Assembly (NCBI GenBank): GCA_003136255.1
Contig: PLDT01000083.1
Location: forward strand, 2,899-61,295
Direction: 5' to 3'
Length of the DNA: 58,397 bases
From: Actinomycetota bacterium
GTDB lineage: Bacteria > Actinomycetota > Actinomycetes > Streptosporangiales > Streptosporangiaceae
Every line of letters starts with the position of its first letter. Within the stretch, counting starts at the first letter, position 1. Shown here in pieces: positions 36,796 through 45,707 of this stretch. Position numbers and translations under genes: made by a program. The notes below the pieces were generated by a model. That model was given only the letters and a program-made list of their open reading frames with translations. It ran no database searches and was not told the origin of the DNA.

Positions 36796-37827
36796 ATGTT
36801 CGTGGCCGATCAGCGCCCGTTCGCGCGGGCCAGGTTGCTTACCGGCTGGCTGTGCTGGTGGCTGGGATTCGTGGCGGCCGCGGCAGTCTTTGCCACGCTC
36901 GGCCTCGACTGGTTCCTCGTCGTCGTCATTCCGTGCATCCTCGTGACGCTCGCAGGCCTGCGTATGATCCAGCGCACACGTCCGTGGCTGGCGCGATCCG
37001 CGGAAGCAGTGCGGGCCGCTGACAAGCGCGCACCGGTGCTGTACCTCCGCTCCTTCCGTGATGACGAACTCATGCAGTACTACACGAACCAGATCAGCCA
37101 AGATCCGCAGAACCGTACCAACGAGCAGGCCCTTGCCAACGCATTCTGGCTGGTGGGGCCGGTCATTGGGTTGCCCCAGCCGGGGAGCGCGCCCAGGCTC
37201 GGGGTCGCTCGCACCCAGCGTGAAAACGTTCAGTGGCAGACGGACGTCATCGAGTTGATGCGGGAGGCGGCGCTCGTCGTCACGCGGATCGGCGAGACCG
37301 ACGGGCTCCGCTGGGAACTGGAACAAGCGCTGAAGCTGGTGCCGCCGGAGCGCCTCGTCTTCATGATTCCGGCCCAGGCCGACCGCTGGCGGCAGTTTCG
37401 CGACGTCCTCCAGCGGCAAGTTCCCGGCGTCGAATTGCCGGCCGACCTTGCTCAGTTGGCCGCCGTCAGGCACCCGCGGATAATGGCCGGCGCTCGAGGA
37501 GTGTTGTACTTCGACCAGGAGTGGACCGCGCACTTCTCGCTGTTCGCGTTCCGGTGGGGCACTCTGCTCCGAGCCTCACGGAGGCAGAACCCCGTCCTGC
37601 TCGAGGCGCTCCAGCCCGTCTTCCAGCGAGCGGGAGTGCCGCCTCGATCGCCAGTCACCTTCGTGGTCGTCATTGTCTCGACCGGATACGCGGGATTGGC
37701 CGCCCTGATCATCTGGGGTCCGACGCACCTCAAGATCGATGCCAGCCTCGGGTTCGCCCTGGCGCTGGTGGTCGTCCTGGCCAGGACCATTCGCAGGAAG
37801 CTGATCCGCGTGGCGAGGCGGCGTTGA
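36796..37827 (+). CDS. membrane protein with a central TIR-like domain flanked by 2+2 transmembrane helices
   Basis: 343 aa. TM segments at about aa 14-55 and 287-330. The cytosolic part contains VLYLRSFRDDE ... GPVIGLPQPG ... WQTDVIELMREAALVVTRIGETDGLRWELEQA ... RLVFMIP. AAGGGA RBS. G+C is lower than in neighbouring genes. Confidence 0.6.
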   Translation: MFVADQRPFARARLLTGWLCWWLGFVAAAAVFATLGLDWFLVVVIPCILVTLAGLRMIQRTRPWLARSAEAVRAADKRAPVLYLRSFRDDELMQYYTNQISQDPQNRTNEQALANAFWLVGPVIGLPQPGSAPRLGVARTQRENVQWQTDVIELMREAALVVTRIGETDGLRWELEQALKLVPPERLVFMIPAQADRWRQFRDVLQRQVPGVELPADLAQLAAVRHPRIMAGARGVLYFDQEWTAHFSLFAFRWGTLLRASRRQNPVLLEALQPVFQRAGVPPRSPVTFVVVIVSTGYAGLAALIIWGPTHLKIDASLGFALALVVVLARTIRRKLIRVARRR

Positions 37828-37829
37828 GC

Positions 37830-38765
37830 TCAGCTCATGGTGTCCCAGACGATCGCGGCTAGCTCGTCGATCGTGTCGATGCCGTACTGTTCGGTCGGAT
37901 TTCCGGTGGTCAGCACGGCGATCAGGTAGTCTCGCCCGCTGCCCGAGATCCAGCCCACGCTGTTGATCTGCCAGTCGTTGTTCGCGCTGTTCAGCGGGAG
38001 CCAGCCATTCTTGAGCGCCACGGTGGCCTGGGCCGGGACGCCGCCGGAGACCCCCCACCGCTGGTCCGGCGTCACGTTTTCCATCAGCGACAGCGCGTAG
38101 CGGCGCGCCGCGTTGGTCAACAGCGGGTTCGGCTCCACCAGCGCCCGCAGCAGGGTCAGCTGATCGCCCGGGATCGTCGTGCTCAGCCCCCATCCGGGCC
38201 AGGGGAATCCGGGACAGTTCACGCACGTCGACGGCACCGTGTCGGCCAGGCGGGCCGAGGCGTTGAACGACCGGATGCCGCTGGCCCCGCCGACCTCGTC
38301 CCACAGGCTGGTCGCCGCGTCGTTGTCGCTGTCCTCGATCATCTGCTCGGCCAGAGTCTGATCACTGGCCGAGAGGCCGGTACCGCTGCGACCCCGCTCG
38401 GCAAGCAAGGTCTCGAGCACGTCGAGCTTGACCACGCTCGCCTCGTCCTGCGGCTGCCCCTGCCCGAGATGCCAGGTCTGGCCGGTGCGCAGGTCGTAGA
38501 CCGCGGCCAGGACGACGCCGTCCCGGGTCGACACGTACGAGGCCGCTGCCGTTCCGAGCGGATTGCGGTGCGACGCCGCTGGCCGGGCGGCACGCGAACT
38601 CGCGGCGGCCGTCGCGGCCAACGGGTCGCTCGATGAGGCAGGGGCAGCTTCGGTTGCCACGGCGGCATCGTGCCCCGGCGGCCGGGCTCCCGATCCCCCC
38701 AGCGTGAAGACCGCGACGAGGCCAGCGGCGATCAGCAGGGCGACGCCTGCGACCGCTAGCACCAC
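37830..38765 (-). CDS. membrane-anchored class-A-beta-lactamase-related serine hydrolase
   Basis: N-terminal TM anchor, an Ala/Ser-rich linker, SVVK (SxxK) and SDNDA (SDN) motifs. Confidence 0.75.
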   Translation of the reverse strand: MVLAVAGVALLIAAGLVAVFTLGGSGARPPGHDAAVATEAAPASSSDPLAATAAASSRAARPAASHRNPLGTAAASYVSTRDGVVLAAVYDLRTGQTWHLGQGQPQDEASVVKLDVLETLLAERGRSGTGLSASDQTLAEQMIEDSDNDAATSLWDEVGGASGIRSFNASARLADTVPSTCVNCPGFPWPGWGLSTTIPGDQLTLLRALVEPNPLLTNAARRYALSLMENVTPDQRWGVSGGVPAQATVALKNGWLPLNSANNDWQINSVGWISGSGRDYLIAVLTTGNPTEQYGIDTIDELAAIVWDTMS

Positions 38766-38878
38766 CCTGGTACTCGCGGGTACTCCCGAGGAGTGCCTGC
38801 CCCTTATGCCGATGACGACATCCTGTCGTGTGCTGCCCCGCGGGGCAGACCTGCTGGAATGGCTGGGTTCCAGGGTAG

Positions 38879-39478
38879 TCAGGCGGATTCGTCTCCGCGC
38901 ACGGCGGCCTGGGTCTCCGGGGTGAGCACCTGCAGCAGCGGGGTTGAAGCGGCCCGGAGTCGCTGCACCGCGTCGTCGAGCCGGGCGTCCTTGGCCGCTG
39001 CCTGACCGGACGATTTGGCCGTCATTCCCACCGAGACCGCCATCAGCCCGCCCACGATCTGGGCCTGCTCCAGGAAATTCCTCGACACCTGCGCGTCGAT
39101 CAGGACCGGCGCGCCGACCAGCAGCATCATCATGTACGTTCGCACCTCGCTGGAGGCGGCGTCACGGTCAGTGTCGTGCGCGCCCTTGGCCGTCGCCTGG
39201 GTTACCGCATTCAACGCGCGCCCGGCCTGGGTCATGATGATGGCCGCCTGGGCCGCCACGGCTTGGGCCCGGGAGTTAAGCTGCCGGAGCCTGACGACCT
39301 GGTCGACCACCAGCAGCGTGATCAGCAGCACGAGCAGCCCCGACACCGTGTCGGTGGTGAGCGCGTGACCGGCCCACCACCGGCGCATCGCCTCGTCGGT
39401 TATGTCCAGGATCACCAGCAGGCCGGTGAGCAGCGTGACGATAAGCGCGGCGAACCCGCCCTGCCAGCGTGACAGCAC
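38879..39478 (-). CDS. hypothetical membrane protein
   Basis: 199 aa. Two N-terminal TM helices followed by an Ala/Gln-rich helical region. GTG start. Confidence 0.5.
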   Translation of the reverse strand: MLSRWQGGFAALIVTLLTGLLVILDITDEAMRRWWAGHALTTDTVSGLLVLLITLLVVDQVVRLRQLNSRAQAVAAQAAIIMTQAGRALNAVTQATAKGAHDTDRDAASSEVRTYMMMLLVGAPVLIDAQVSRNFLEQAQIVGGLMAVSVGMTAKSSGQAAAKDARLDDAVQRLRAASTPLLQVLTPETQAAVRGDESA

Positions 39479-39527
39479 CAGACGACCATAGCGGCACGTC
39501 GCTAACGGGGTCGCCGCCCACTCCCGA

Positions 39528-40379
39528 CTAGCGGGCGGGCTCGGCGATCATGGCGGTGCCGATCCGGCGGAATCCGATCCGGGCGTAGATGCGGGCGACC
39601 GCGTCGTCGCTGGCGGACAGGAAGACGGTCTGCACCCCGCGCTCCCGGGCGTCCGCCGCCAGCAGCGCGGTGACCGCCGCGCCCAGGCCCTGCCGGCGAA
39701 CCGCCGGCAGTACGCCCACGCCGGTGATCTCGGCCACGCTGTCCACCGCCTGGCAGCTTCCCGCCGCGACCGGGCCGACCGGGCCGAACGCGGCGGCCAG
39801 CACCGAGTGCCCCGATCGCAGCCGCTCGCGCAGCATCGCGAGCGTGCCGCCATCGTGGTCCGCGGCGATCTTGTCCCGCTCCGCCGGCCCCGCGTCGCCG
39901 ACGCTCGTGCCCGGATGGCTGAACGCCACGGTTGGCACGGCCCAGACCCGCTCGAGTTCGGCGTCTTCAGGCGCGACGATCCGCACCGTGACCCCCGGCG
40001 GCGGCGGCGGGACCTGCGCGGGCCCGGCGAGGACCATGAGTGGGTGAGCCCAGACCTCCAGGCCTGCCTCGGCGGCGGCCGCGGCCATTTCGGGCGCGGT
40101 CTGCTCGATCCACTCGAAGGACTCGGGAATGATCAGCTCTCGCTGCCGGGCGCGCACCGCGCGGATGTCAGCCGCGGTGACCGGCGGGCGGGAGCCGCGT
40201 TTCGGCCGCGCATAATACGGCCATCCCGAGCCGGTGGGAACGAAGAGCTCGAGCGGGCCGTGCTCGTCGGCCCGCGCCCGGCGACGTGGGACAACGTCGC
40301 AGAAGGCGTCAATCCGCTCAATGACCTCGTTGTCTCTCACAGCAGTACTTACCTTATGGCGCTCGGCCCGGTAGTCCAA
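39528..40379 (-). CDS. GNAT family N-acetyltransferase
   Basis: VGVLPAVRRQGLGAAVTALL acetyl-CoA binding motif (R-x-x-G-x-G/A). The start is uncertain (TTG 40379 or an internal GTG). Confidence 0.8.
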   Translation of the reverse strand: MDYRAERHKVSTAVRDNEVIERIDAFCDVVPRRRARADEHGPLELFVPTGSGWPYYARPKRGSRPPVTAADIRAVRARQRELIIPESFEWIEQTAPEMAAAAAEAGLEVWAHPLMVLAGPAQVPPPPPGVTVRIVAPEDAELERVWAVPTVAFSHPGTSVGDAGPAERDKIAADHDGGTLAMLRERLRSGHSVLAAAFGPVGPVAAGSCQAVDSVAEITGVGVLPAVRRQGLGAAVTALLAADARERGVQTVFLSASDDAVARIYARIGFRRIGTAMIAEPAR

Positions 40380-40412
40380 CCGCGTTTGCCGGCTCCCGTC
40401 GGTCCTCTCACC

Positions 40413-41183
40413 CTAGTTTGGGCGTCGGGCGATCACGTGCAGCAGGGCGGCTACCTGGCGGTACGGGTCGGTGCGCCCGGCCCGTTCTTCGCAGTCCAAC
40501 AGGGATTCCAGGTCCGGCGGCGGTTCGGCGTCGCCGGGCGCGGTGTCGGTGAACACCCGCACGCCGTACCAGGCGGTGACGTCCAGCCCGTGGCCCGTCA
40601 GCCGGGCGGTCAGGTCGGCCAGCCGGTCGGCCCGGGCGGTGACCCCGATCCGGTTCGCGTAGGTGACCGATCCGAACGCCTCCGCGCACGCCGCCCAGTT
40701 GCCGAGCAGCCCGGGCCGCATGGCCAGCCCGTCCCCGTTGCGGACCAGCAAGGACGCCATCCCGCCCGGCTCCGTCAGCCCGGCGACGGCGCGCAGGACC
40801 GGATCGGGATCCGCCGCGTACATCAGCACCCCGTGGCACAGCACGGCCTCGGCGGGTGAAACCCCGGGCCGTTCGGCCCAATCCTCGATCAGACCACGCT
40901 CGACCCGCACCCGGGCGCGGACCTCGGCCGGCTCGGCGGCCAGATCCTGTTCGAAGCGGGCCAGCAGCTCGGCGGAGGTGTCCACCCCGGTCACCTCATG
41001 CCCGCGCCGCGCCAGCCTGACCGCCTGCGTCCCCTGACCGCAGCCAAGATCGATGATCCGAACGGGCCGTGGTCCCAGTTCGGCGGCCAACTGGCGCGCC
41101 ACGAGTTCCTGGCGCACCACGTCCCGCAGCTTCCCCAGCCGGGCCTGCCAGCGCTCCTCGTGACCGGTGAACGGCGTACTCAC
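40413..41183 (-). CDS. class I SAM-dependent methyltransferase
   Basis: IIDLGCGQGTQAVRLARRGHEVTGVDTS motif I. GTG 41183; the upstream part of the track ORF up to 41663 is Arg/Pro-rich shadow. Confidence 0.8.
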   Translation of the reverse strand: MSTPFTGHEERWQARLGKLRDVVRQELVARQLAAELGPRPVRIIDLGCGQGTQAVRLARRGHEVTGVDTSAELLARFEQDLAAEPAEVRARVRVERGLIEDWAERPGVSPAEAVLCHGVLMYAADPDPVLRAVAGLTEPGGMASLLVRNGDGLAMRPGLLGNWAACAEAFGSVTYANRIGVTARADRLADLTARLTGHGLDVTAWYGVRVFTDTAPGDAEPPPDLESLLDCEERAGRTDPYRQVAALLHVIARRPN

Positions 41184-41263
41184 CGGCCCCGCTCCAGGTC
41201 TCGCTGCATCAGTAGCGTGTCGATCCACCGCCCATGCTTGCGGCCCACTGGCATCGTCAGCGC

Positions 41264-42832
41264 CTAGTCCGTCCGCAGGCCGGGGAACATGTGTCCGAAC
41301 ACCTCGTCGATGAGCGCGATGGCGTCGGCGCGGCCGATGGCTTCGTCCTGGTCGAGGCCGGGGGCGGGCAGGCCCATGTCCTTCGCCAGCGCCAGGACCG
41401 GGAAACAAGCCGCCCTGCACAGGCCCTTCAGGCGGGCTTCGAGCGGCACCCGGGCCGGGCTGAACGCGGGCACCGGCAGCGGCGTGACCTCGGGCCAGTT
41501 CTCCGGATCCCGCGGGCGGTCGAGGGACAGGACCGGCGTGAGGTCCAGTGCGGCGGCGTCGCGGGCGGTCAGCGGCGCGCCGAGCTGCCAGCGTTCCCGG
41601 AGGGTCCGGATGACCGACGTGTGCCGGTACTGGTTGTTGATCACGGTCTGCTCCGGGATCCACGCCGAGACGGCGATGGCCGGCACGCGCAGGCCGGACC
41701 GGTCGAACCGGAAGCCCATCTGCCCGGCCGGGGCGGCCGGGTCCGGCGGCAGCACGGCCGGTGGCGGGACATGGTCGTAGGTTCCGCCGTGCTCGTCGAA
41801 GGTGACCATGAACAGCGTGTTGTACGCGTTCGACCCGTCGGGCGACGCCGAGGAGCGGATCGCGTCGTAGACCTTTGCGAGCAGCGCTTCACCTCCCAGC
41901 AGCGCCGACGGCGGATCCAGGTCCGCCCCGGGGAACAAGGCGTCGAACGCCGGGTGCATGTCGTTGTGGCCGTACAGCAGGTTGGGCTCGATGAACGAGT
42001 AGGCCGGCAGTTGCCCGCTCGCCGCGTCCTCCAGGAATCGGTCGGTGGTGGAGAAGTTCGTCGCCCACCGGTCGTGCAGCCGGGGCGCGTGGATGATGCC
42101 GGTCAGGGAGATGTGGCTCGGCGGGTCGCAGTAGACCCGCCAGGTCAGGCCGCGGGCCTCGAGCCGCTCGAAGATGGTCTCGGCGTCGTTGTGCAGCGGG
42201 AAGGACTCGGCGGGTTCCATGTTGATCACGTATCCCGACGAGGTGCCCGCGTGGAAGAACGACCGGTTCGGGAACGTCTGCGACGGCACCTCGCAGAACC
42301 AGTGGTCGAAGGTCGCGAACCCCCGGGCCAGCGCCGAGGTGACCGGCACCTGCAGCGGCGCGTAGCCCGTCATGATCTGCGCGTACTCCTCGAAGACCGG
42401 CGGCCGGCCCATCTCGGCCATGAACGCGCTGATGTAGTCGGTGACGAACCCGTCCATGGTCGGCAGCTGCCCGGGATTGGCCGGCGCGTTGTACGGGGAG
42501 GCGATGTGCTGGATCACCATCCCGCGGTTGGACGGCGGGTCGATGAGGCCGAACAGCTGGGTGTTGACGTGCGGGTATTCCTCTCCGGGATCGGAGGAGG
42601 GGGTGTTCATGCCGACCGCGGTCTCGTACGGCACCAGCCTGGGCGTCGTTTCCGGGTCGGCGCCCGCGGCCCAGTCCGGGACCGGGTTGGACAGGTCCAG
42701 GCCCGTCACGCCCGCGAAGGAGGCCACCTCACCCGGCTCGTACAAGCGGCCGAGCAGGTTGTCGAACGAGCGGTTCTCGAACATGATCACGACGACGTGA
42801 TCGAGGGCATGACTGTGGTCAGGTCGCGGCAT
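41264..42832 (-). CDS. phosphoesterase family protein (phospholipase C / acid phosphatase, PF04185-like), no signal peptide seen
   Basis: HVVVIMFENRSFDNLLG and TFDEHGGTYDHV motifs. ATG 42832. Confidence 0.85.
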   Translation of the reverse strand: MPRPDHSHALDHVVVIMFENRSFDNLLGRLYEPGEVASFAGVTGLDLSNPVPDWAAGADPETTPRLVPYETAVGMNTPSSDPGEEYPHVNTQLFGLIDPPSNRGMVIQHIASPYNAPANPGQLPTMDGFVTDYISAFMAEMGRPPVFEEYAQIMTGYAPLQVPVTSALARGFATFDHWFCEVPSQTFPNRSFFHAGTSSGYVINMEPAESFPLHNDAETIFERLEARGLTWRVYCDPPSHISLTGIIHAPRLHDRWATNFSTTDRFLEDAASGQLPAYSFIEPNLLYGHNDMHPAFDALFPGADLDPPSALLGGEALLAKVYDAIRSSASPDGSNAYNTLFMVTFDEHGGTYDHVPPPAVLPPDPAAPAGQMGFRFDRSGLRVPAIAVSAWIPEQTVINNQYRHTSVIRTLRERWQLGAPLTARDAAALDLTPVLSLDRPRDPENWPEVTPLPVPAFSPARVPLEARLKGLCRAACFPVLALAKDMGLPAPGLDQDEAIGRADAIALIDEVFGHMFPGLRTD

Positions 42833-42914
42833 GAGATGACCATAACGCCCTTTGCGACGGCCTACACGCTGTGCCGTAACGCTCCCGGAACGGTGCCGCC
42901 ATAGCCTGCGGAGT

Positions 42915-43106
42915 ATGAGGTACATATTCCTGACCGGGCTGCTGACCTTGGTCTATGTCGCCCTGGTGGTGCTGGCCACCCAGGTGCTGCGGCTCCAGAC
43001 TCCAGCCATCCTCGCCGCGGTGACGGTCGTCGCCGCGCTGCTGTTCAACCTGCCGCGCCGTTACCTGCAGCGGGCGATCGCCCGGCGGTATCACCGCCCG
43101 GCATGA
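42915..43106 (+). CDS. small two-TM protein, paralogous to a module of the downstream gene
   Basis: 63 aa, MRYIFLTGLLTLVYVALVVLATQVLRLQTPAILAAVTVVAALLFNLPRRYLQRAIARRYHR. It aligns at about half of positions with aa ~265-325 of the next ORF. ATGA overlap with that ORF. Confidence 0.45.
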   Translation: MRYIFLTGLLTLVYVALVVLATQVLRLQTPAILAAVTVVAALLFNLPRRYLQRAIARRYHRPA

Positions 43107-44245
43107 CCCGGGTCGTACCGGGCGGCCTGCTGGCGGTGCTGGCTGTGGCCGCGCTGGTGCTAGCCGGGCTGATTCATCAGCTCTCCTTCCGCCATGCCAC
43201 GGTCGGCGTCGTCATCGTGCTGGCCTTCGCCGGGGTGGGCCTGCTGATCGCGCGGCGCCAGCCCGCCAACCCCATCGGCTGGCTCATGATTGCCTTCACC
43301 GCGCTGTATCTGCTCGGCGTGGTCGCCAGTTACTACGCCGTGCTGTACTACCGTCTCGACCATCGCGCGCTGCCGCTCGCTCCGCTCGTGCTCCTGGTGG
43401 GCTCGGTGTCGGCACCCTCGTTCGCAGTCTTTCCGGTCGTCATCCTGCTATTCCCGGATGGCCGGCTGCCGTCGCGCCGGTGGCGGCCGGTGCTGTGGAC
43501 CTACGCCGTGCTGGTCGGGTTCGTGCTGGCCGTCATCGTGGCCGGGGCGGCGGCCGCGATCGCCGGTCACGACGTACGCCTGAACCCGGTCGGCAGCGTG
43601 ACGACCAGCAGCGCCGGGTGGCTCGCAAATCCGCCGGGCTGGCTGGTAAGTCCGGTCGTCGCCGCGATCGTGATCATCGGCTTGTCGTTCGTGGGGCATC
43701 AGGCGCTCAGCTGGCGGCGGGCCGCAGGTGACCGCCGCCAGCAGCTGAAGTGGCTCGCCTCCGGCGCTGCGGTCGCCGCCGCGTCGCTGATCATGGCCGC
43801 CGGGCTCGGGACGGCCGAGCTGCTGGCCGGGCTGGCCGCCCTCCCGGCCGGCATCGGCGTCGGGATCCTGCGGTACCGGCTCTACGACATCGACCGCATC
43901 ATCAGCCGCACCCTGGCCTACGCGCTGGTGACCGGGCTGCTCGCCGGGGTGTATACGGCGCTGGTCCTGGCCATCCAGGCGTTCGGGCTCCGCACGCCGG
44001 TGGCCGTGGCCGCGGCCACGCTCGCCGCGGCGGCGCTGTTCAATCCGCTGCGCCGGCGGGTCCAGCGCGGGGTAGACCGGCGGTTCAACCGGGCCCGGTA
44101 CGACGCCGATCAGATCGTGACCGCGTTCGCGGCGCGGATCAAGGACGCGGTCGAGGTGGCCTCGGTGCGCGACGACCTGGCCGTTGTCGTGCACCAAGCC
44201 CTGGAGCCCACGCACGTCTCGGTGTGGATCAGCCCGGGCCGCTAA
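43103..44245 (+). CDS. multi-TM sensor-like membrane protein lacking a kinase domain
   Basis: 380 aa with about 8 TM segments. The C-terminal LRYRLYDIDRIISRTLAY...FNPLRRRVQRGVDRRFNRARYD module resembles the N-terminal sensor regions of actinobacterial histidine kinases. Confidence 0.65.
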   Translation: MTRVVPGGLLAVLAVAALVLAGLIHQLSFRHATVGVVIVLAFAGVGLLIARRQPANPIGWLMIAFTALYLLGVVASYYAVLYYRLDHRALPLAPLVLLVGSVSAPSFAVFPVVILLFPDGRLPSRRWRPVLWTYAVLVGFVLAVIVAGAAAAIAGHDVRLNPVGSVTTSSAGWLANPPGWLVSPVVAAIVIIGLSFVGHQALSWRRAAGDRRQQLKWLASGAAVAAASLIMAAGLGTAELLAGLAALPAGIGVGILRYRLYDIDRIISRTLAYALVTGLLAGVYTALVLAIQAFGLRTPVAVAAATLAAAALFNPLRRRVQRGVDRRFNRARYDADQIVTAFAARIKDAVEVASVRDDLAVVVHQALEPTHVSVWISPGR

Positions 44246-44287
44246 GCTGGCGTCGCCGCGGATCGTAGGCCCGGTGAAGGAGACGTC

Positions 44288-45673
44288 ATGGCCGATCTTC
44301 CGGCCCGCCCCCGGCTCAAGGCCGAGGTCGAGGCCCGCACCGCTGACCTGGCCCGGCAGGCCGACGCGTTCTGCGAGGCCAGCATCCGCGACACCACCGG
44401 CCGCGCGGTCCGGATGCTGGCCGCGAACCCCGAACTGGCCGGCTACAACTTCGCTACCGCGGTGATCCTGGGTGACGCCGACCGGGTCCGCGCTGAGCTC
44501 GCCCGGGACCCCGGCCTGGCCACCCGCGTCGATGCCCGGACCGGTTGGACGCCGCTGCACGCGGCCTGCGCCTCGAACTGGCACCGGCTCGACCCGGCCC
44601 GGGCCGGCGGCCTGCTGGCCGTGGTCCGGCTACTGCTGGACGCGGGAGCCGATCCGGTTGGCCGGCCCGGCGGGCAGCGCGGTCGCGGCGGCTGGACCCC
44701 GCTGCGCTGCGCGGTGGCCGGCGCGACCAACCCGCCGGTCGTCGCGCTGCTGCTGGAGCGCGGCGCCGTGCCCGACGACCACGACCTGTATCTGGCCGGG
44801 TTCGGCGGTGACGAGCACGAGAGCCTCCGGCTGATGCTGCGCCATGCCACCGATGTGGGCCAGCTGGCCGAGATGGCGCTCGCCGCGCCGATCAGCCTCA
44901 ACGACACCGAGGGGGTGCGGCTGCTGCTCGAGGCCGGAGCCGATCCTCGCCGCTACGCCAACGACGACGGCGCGCCCGCCTCGGCGGTCTACGAAGCCGT
45001 CAGGTCTGGTTGTTCGGCCGAACTGCTCGACCTGCTGCTCGCCCACGGCGCCGAGCCCGGCCGCGCCGACCGGGTGGGGCGCTCGCCCTACACCTTGGCC
45101 AGGATCCAGGGCCGCGCCGACCTGGCGGACCTGCTGCTCCGCTACGGCGCCGTCGACGACAGTACCGACACCGACCGGCTCCTGGCGGCCTGCCAGCGGG
45201 CCGACCAGGCCGCCGTGACCGCGCTGCTGGCCCAGGACCCCGGCCTGTCGGCCCGGCTCAGCGAGGCCCAGCAGGCCGCCGCGCTGATCCGTGCCGCGGA
45301 GACCGGCCACGCGGCGGCCCTGGCCCTGATGCTCGACCTCGGCTTCCCCGTCGACGCCCGCGGCGGCGACCACGGCGGCACGGCTCTGCACGCCGCCGCC
45401 TACTCCGGCAGCGCCGACGCCGTCCGGTTGCTGCTCGGCCGCGGTGCCGCCCTCGAGGCTCGCGATGCCACCTGGGACAGCCCTCCGCTGGACTGGGCCG
45501 CCGTGGGCAGCGGAGAACGGCCCGCTGACAACCGTCGCCCCGACTGGGTCGCCACCGTCCAAGCCCTGCTCGAGGCCGGAGCGTCCACCGACAGCATTAC
45601 GCTCTCGCCCGATGAGCCCAAGCAGCCCAGCCCCGAAGTCGCCATCCTCCTGCGGCAGGCCATGCGGTCGTAA
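44288..45673 (+). CDS. ankyrin repeat protein
   Basis: Multiple ANK repeats (GWTPLHAAC, GWTPLRCAV, GTALHAAAYSGSADAVRLLLGRGA). Confidence 0.85.
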   Translation: MADLPARPRLKAEVEARTADLARQADAFCEASIRDTTGRAVRMLAANPELAGYNFATAVILGDADRVRAELARDPGLATRVDARTGWTPLHAACASNWHRLDPARAGGLLAVVRLLLDAGADPVGRPGGQRGRGGWTPLRCAVAGATNPPVVALLLERGAVPDDHDLYLAGFGGDEHESLRLMLRHATDVGQLAEMALAAPISLNDTEGVRLLLEAGADPRRYANDDGAPASAVYEAVRSGCSAELLDLLLAHGAEPGRADRVGRSPYTLARIQGRADLADLLLRYGAVDDSTDTDRLLAACQRADQAAVTALLAQDPGLSARLSEAQQAAALIRAAETGHAAALALMLDLGFPVDARGGDHGGTALHAAAYSGSADAVRLLLGRGAALEARDATWDSPPLDWAAVGSGERPADNRRPDWVATVQALLEAGASTDSITLSPDEPKQPSPEVAILLRQAMRS

Positions 45674-45707
45674 CCAGCTAACGGCGGAGAAGTCCAGGCC
45701 CGGAATC

